Shown here in pieces: positions 59,901 to 64,000 of a stretch of 64,000 nucleotides of DNA (the stretch's first letter is position 1; the number at the start of each line of letters is the position of its first letter). This stretch comes from Squalus acanthias. Taxonomy: Eukaryota. Location: NCBI GenBank assembly GCA_030390025.1, contig CM059431.1, forward strand, positions 115,756,001 through 115,820,000, written 5' to 3'. A model generated the notes under the pieces. The model was not told where the DNA came from. It searched no databases and worked only from the letters and a program-made list of their open reading frames with translations. The position numbers and the translations under genes were made by a program.

Positions 59901-62900
59901 CAGTGTGGGGAGTGGTGCTCAGTGTGGGGAGTGGTGCTCAGTGTGGGGAGTGGTGCTCAGGGTCAGGAGTGATGCTCAGGATCGGGAGTGATGCTCAGTG
60001 TGGGGAGTGGTGCTCAGTGTGGGGAGTGGTGCTCAGGGTCAGGAGTGATGCTCAGTGTGGGGAGTGGTGCTCAGGGTCAGGAGTGATGCTCAGTGTGGGG
60101 AGTGGTGCTCAGTGTGAGGAGTGGTGCTCAGGGTCAGGAGTGATGCTCAGTGTGGGGAGTGGTGCTCAGGGTGGGGAGTGGTGCTCAGGATCGGGATTGA
60201 TGCTCAGTCTGGGGAGTGATGCTCAGTGTGGGGAGTGGTGCTCAGTGTGGGGAGTGGTGCTCAGTGTGGGGAGTGGTGCTCAGTGTGGGGAGTGGTGCTC
60301 AGTGTGGGGAGTGGTGCTCAGTGTGGGGAGTGGTGCTCAGTGTGGGGAGTGGTGCTCAGTGTGGGGAGTGGTGCTCAGTGTGGGGAGTGGTGCTCAGTGT
60401 GGGGAGTGGTGCTCAGTGTGGGGAGTGATGCTCAGTGTGGGGAGTGATGCTCAGTGTGGGGAGTGATGCTCAGGGTCAGGAGTGATGCTCAGGGTGGGGA
60501 GTGGTGCTCAGGGTCAGGAGTGATGCTCAGTGTGGGGAGTGATGCTCAGGGTCAGGAGTGATGCTCAGTGTGGGGAGTGGTGCTCAGTGTGGGGAGTGGT
60601 GCTCAGGGTCAGGAGTGATGCTCAGGCTCAGGAGTGATGCTCAGTGTGGGGAGTGGTGCTCAGTGTGGGGAGTGGTGCTCAGTGTGGGGAGTGGTGCTCA
60701 GTGTGGGGAGTGATACTCAATGTGGGGAATGGTGCTCAGTGTGGGGAATGGTGCTCAGTGTGGGGAGTGGTGCTCAGGGTCAGGAGTGATGCTCAGTGTG
60801 GGGAGTGGTGCTCAGTGTGGGGAGTGGTGCTCAGGGTCAGGAGTGATGCTCAGGGTCAGGAGTGATGCTCAGTGTGGGGAGTGGTGCTCAGTGTGGGCAG
60901 TGGTGCTCAGGGTCAGGAGTGATGCTCAGGGTCAGGAGTGATGCTCAGTGTGGGGAGTGGTGCTCAGGGTCAGGAGTGATGCTCAGGGTCAGGAGATGTG
61001 CTCAGGGTCAGGAGTGATGCTCAGGGTCAGGAGTGATGCTCAGTGTGGGGAGTGGTGCTCAGTGTGGGGAGTGGTGCTCATTGTGGGGAGTGATGCTCAG
61101 TGTGGGGAGTGGTGCTCAGTGTGGGGAGTGGTGCTCAGTGTGGGGAGTGGTGCTCAGGGTCAGGAGTGGTGCTCAGGGTCAGGAGTGGTGCTCAGTGTGG
61201 GGAGTGATGCTCAGTGTGGGGAGTGGTGCTCAGTGTGGTGAGTGATGCTCAGTGTGGGGAGTGGTGCTCAGTGTGGGGAGTGGTGCTCAGTGTGGGGAGT
61301 GGTGCTCAGGATCGGGAGTGATGCTCAGTGTGGGGAGTGGTGCTCAGTGTGGGGAGTGGTGCTCAGTGTGGGGAGTGATGCTCAGGATCGGGAGTGATGC
61401 TCAGTGTGGGGAGTGGTGCTCAGTGTGGGGAGTGGTGCTCAGGGTCAGGAGTGATGCTCAGTGTGGGGAGTGGTGTTCAGTGTGGGGAGTGGTGCTCAGG
61501 GTCAGGAGTGATGCTCAGTGTGGGGAGTGGTGCTCAGGGTGGGGATTGGTGCTCAGGATCGGGATTGATGCTCAGTGTGGGGAGTGATGCTCAGTGTGGG
61601 GAGTGGTGCTCAGTGTGGGGAATGGTGCTCAGTGTGGGGAGTGGTGCTCAGTGTGGGGAATGGTGCTCAGTGTGGGGAATGGTGCTCAGTGTCAGGAGTG
61701 ATGATCAGGGTGGGGAGTGATGCTCAGTGTGGGGAGTGGTGCTCAGTGTGGGGAATGGTGCTCAGTGTGGGGAGTGGTGCTCAGGGTCAGGAGTGGTGCT
61801 CAGTGTGGGGAGTAGTGCTCAGTGTGGGGAGTGGTGCTCAGTGTGGGGAGTGATACTCAGTGTGGTGAATGGTGCTCAGTGTGGGGAGTGGTGCTCAGTG
61901 TGGGGAGTGGTGCTCAGTGTGGGGAGTGATGCTCAGTGTGGGGAGTGGTGCTCAGTGTGGGGAGTGGTGCTCAGGGTCAGGAGTGATGCTCAGTGTGGGG
62001 AGTGGTGCTCAGTGTGGGGAGTGGTGCTCAGTGTGGGGACTGGTGCTCAGTGTGGGGAGTGATGCTCAATATGGGGAGTGGTGCTCAGTGTGGGGAGTGG
62101 TGCTCAGTGTGGGGAGTGGTGTTCAGTGTGGGGAGTGATGCTCAGGGTCAGGAGTGGTGCTCAGTGTGGGGAGTGGTGCTCAGTGTGGGGAGTGATACTC
62201 AGTGTGGGGAGTGGTGCTCAGTGTGGGGAATGGTGCCCAGGGTGGGGACTGATGCTCAGTGTGGGGAGTGGTGCTCAGTGTGGGGAGTGGTGCTCAGTGT
62301 GGGGAGTGATGCTCAGTGTGGGGAGTGGTGCTCAGGATCGGGAGTGGTGCTCAGTGTGGGGAATGGTGCCCAGGGTGGGGAGTGGTGCTCAGTGTGGGGA
62401 GTGATGCTCAGGGTCAGGAGTGACGCTCAGTGTGGGGAGTGGTGCTCAGGGTCAGGAGTGACGCTCAGTGTGGGGACTGATGCACAGTGTGGGGAGTGGT
62501 GCTCAGTGTGGGGCATGATGCACAGTGTGGGGAGTGATGCTCAGTGTGGGGAGTGACGCTCAGTGTGGGGAATGGTGCACAGTGTGGGGAGTGGTGCTCA
62601 GTGTGGGGAGTGGTGCTCAGTGTGGGGAGTGATGATCAGGGTGGTGAGTGATGCTCAGGGTGGGGAGTGATGCTCAGTGTGGGGAGTGGTGCTCAGTGTG
62701 GGGAGTGATGATCAGGGTGGTGAGTGATGATCAGGGTGGTGAGTGATGCTCAGGGTGGGGAGTGATGCTCAGTGTGGGGAGTGGTGCTCAGTGTGGGGAG
62801 TGGTGCTCAGTGTGGGGAGTGATGCTCAGTGTGGGGAGTGATGATCAGGGTGGTGAGTGATGCTCAGGGTGGGGAGTGATGCTCAGTGTGGGGAGTGATG

Positions 62901-63203
62901 TTCAGTGTGGGGAGTGATGCTCAGTGTGGGGAGTGGTGCTCAGTGTGGGGAGTGGTGTTCAGTGTGGGGAGTGATGCTCAGTGTGGGGAGTGGTGCTCAG
63001 TGTGGGGAGTGACGCTCAGTGTGGGGAGTGGTGCTCAGTGTGGGGAATGGTGCTCAGTGTGGGGAGTGGTGCTCAGTGTGGGGAGTGATGCTCAGTGTGG
63101 GGAGTGGTGCTCAGTGTGGGGAGTGATGCTCAGTGTGGGGAGTGATGCTCAGTGTGGGGAGTGGTGCTCAGTGTGGGGAGTGATGATCAGGGTGGGGAGT
63201 GGT
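47996..63203. repeat. 19-bp G-rich minisatellite array, about 15.2 kb and about 800 units
   Basis: Unit AGTGTGGGGAGTGRTGCTC with major variant AGGGTCAGGAGTGRTGCTC. Confidence 0.99.
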
Positions 63204-63229
63204 TTCATACTATAACCTCGACCCCTATG

Positions 63230-63612
63230 TTTTCTTTTCTCTCTCACATGGCAGCTGTTGATGATTCTGTCAGTGTCATTTACACCTCATCTAGAGTCAT
63301 CTTTTGTTTCTTAACTTGTCCCATTACCATCTCCTTTTGCCTGCACCATCATCCCTCTTGTCTTTTAATCTCTCCTGCCTTCCATCCTATCACAGACCTT
63401 CCCTTTGTTCTGTTCTCCCCTCCTCCCTTTCCCTGCCCTACACTTGCTTAAAAATCTGTTACTTCTCCAATTTTTTCCAGTTCTGACGAAGTGTCAACGA
63501 CCTGAAGCGTTAACTCTGTTTCTCTCTCCACAGATGCTGCCTGACCTCCTGTGTGTTTCCAGCATTTTCTGTTGTTATTTCAGATATCCAGCATCTGCAG
63601 TATTTTGCTATT
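63230..63612 (+). mobile_element. Penelope-like 3' fragment
   Basis: Pyrimidine-rich tract, then ttctgacgaa...cagatgctgcctgacc...ccagcattttctg, matching 2880-3012. Confidence 0.75.
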
Positions 63613-63638
63613 GAACAATAGTACAATACTTTCAGAAG

Positions 63639-63738
63639 TTCACAGAATTCACAGAATCCCCACAATGCAGATAGAGGCCATTTCGGCCCATCGAGCCTGC
63701 ACCGACACATATCCCTCCCTATCCCCGTAACCCCACGT
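63639..63738 (-). mobile_element. HE1-like SINE tail fragment
   Basis: Near-identical to 13846-13948. Confidence 0.85.
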
Positions 63739-64000
63739 TATAGGTTGTCACCTATTAATATAAATAATTAATTTTAAACAAATGCAAACCAGTATAAACA
63801 AATGAAAGAAAATCAGCTGCTGTCATATTGCTTGGAACATGTAACAAAATATAATGATTCCACTTTGAAATTGTTCAAAATTTAATTTGTCACACATAAA
63901 ATAGACTGTAAGCAATTGCTTGAATATAGTAACCTAAATTGTTTCATCAAAACTGTGTAACTGTTTTATGTCTATTGTAGTACATACCATACTTCCAGCA

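Noticed and set aside
48001..63203. Telomeric or interstitial telomeric array (TCAGGG occurs in variant units)
   Set aside because: No tandem TTAGGG and the period is 19, not 6.
48208..63215. Dozens of Cys/Trp/Gly-rich ORFs (VLSVGSGAQCGEWCSVWGV)n
   Set aside because: Artefact of a 19-bp unit read through three frames; the TGA-containing variant breaks frames at random and there is no codon-level constraint.

Overview
Repeat-dense eukaryotic genomic DNA, most likely intronic or intergenic sequence from a cartilaginous fish (shark). The inference rests on HE1/V-SINE-like and Deu-domain SINEs, CR1 and L2 LINE fragments, Penelope-like 3' ends and many PIF/Harbinger derivatives. No intact protein-coding gene can be recognised. 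The window holds four decayed Harbinger transposons (HARBI1-type DDE transposase and/or Myb/SANT ORF) and at least ten Harbinger-type MITEs. It also has three minisatellites with 16-, 44- and 19-bp units; the 19-bp array spans about 15.2 kb (about 800 units) with nested higher-order duplications and no net indel. The most informative structures are: (1) a rearranged local duplication whose copies provide empty-site controls for two insertions; (2) a Penelope-like inverted repeat that captured 88 bp of neighbouring DNA in reverse orientation; (3) a 210-nt imperfect hairpin with G-U-biased mismatches in apparently non-repetitive sequence; (4) recurrent consensus splice signals inside MITEs. Family names come from recalled motifs, not from a database search, and boundaries of decayed elements are approximate.
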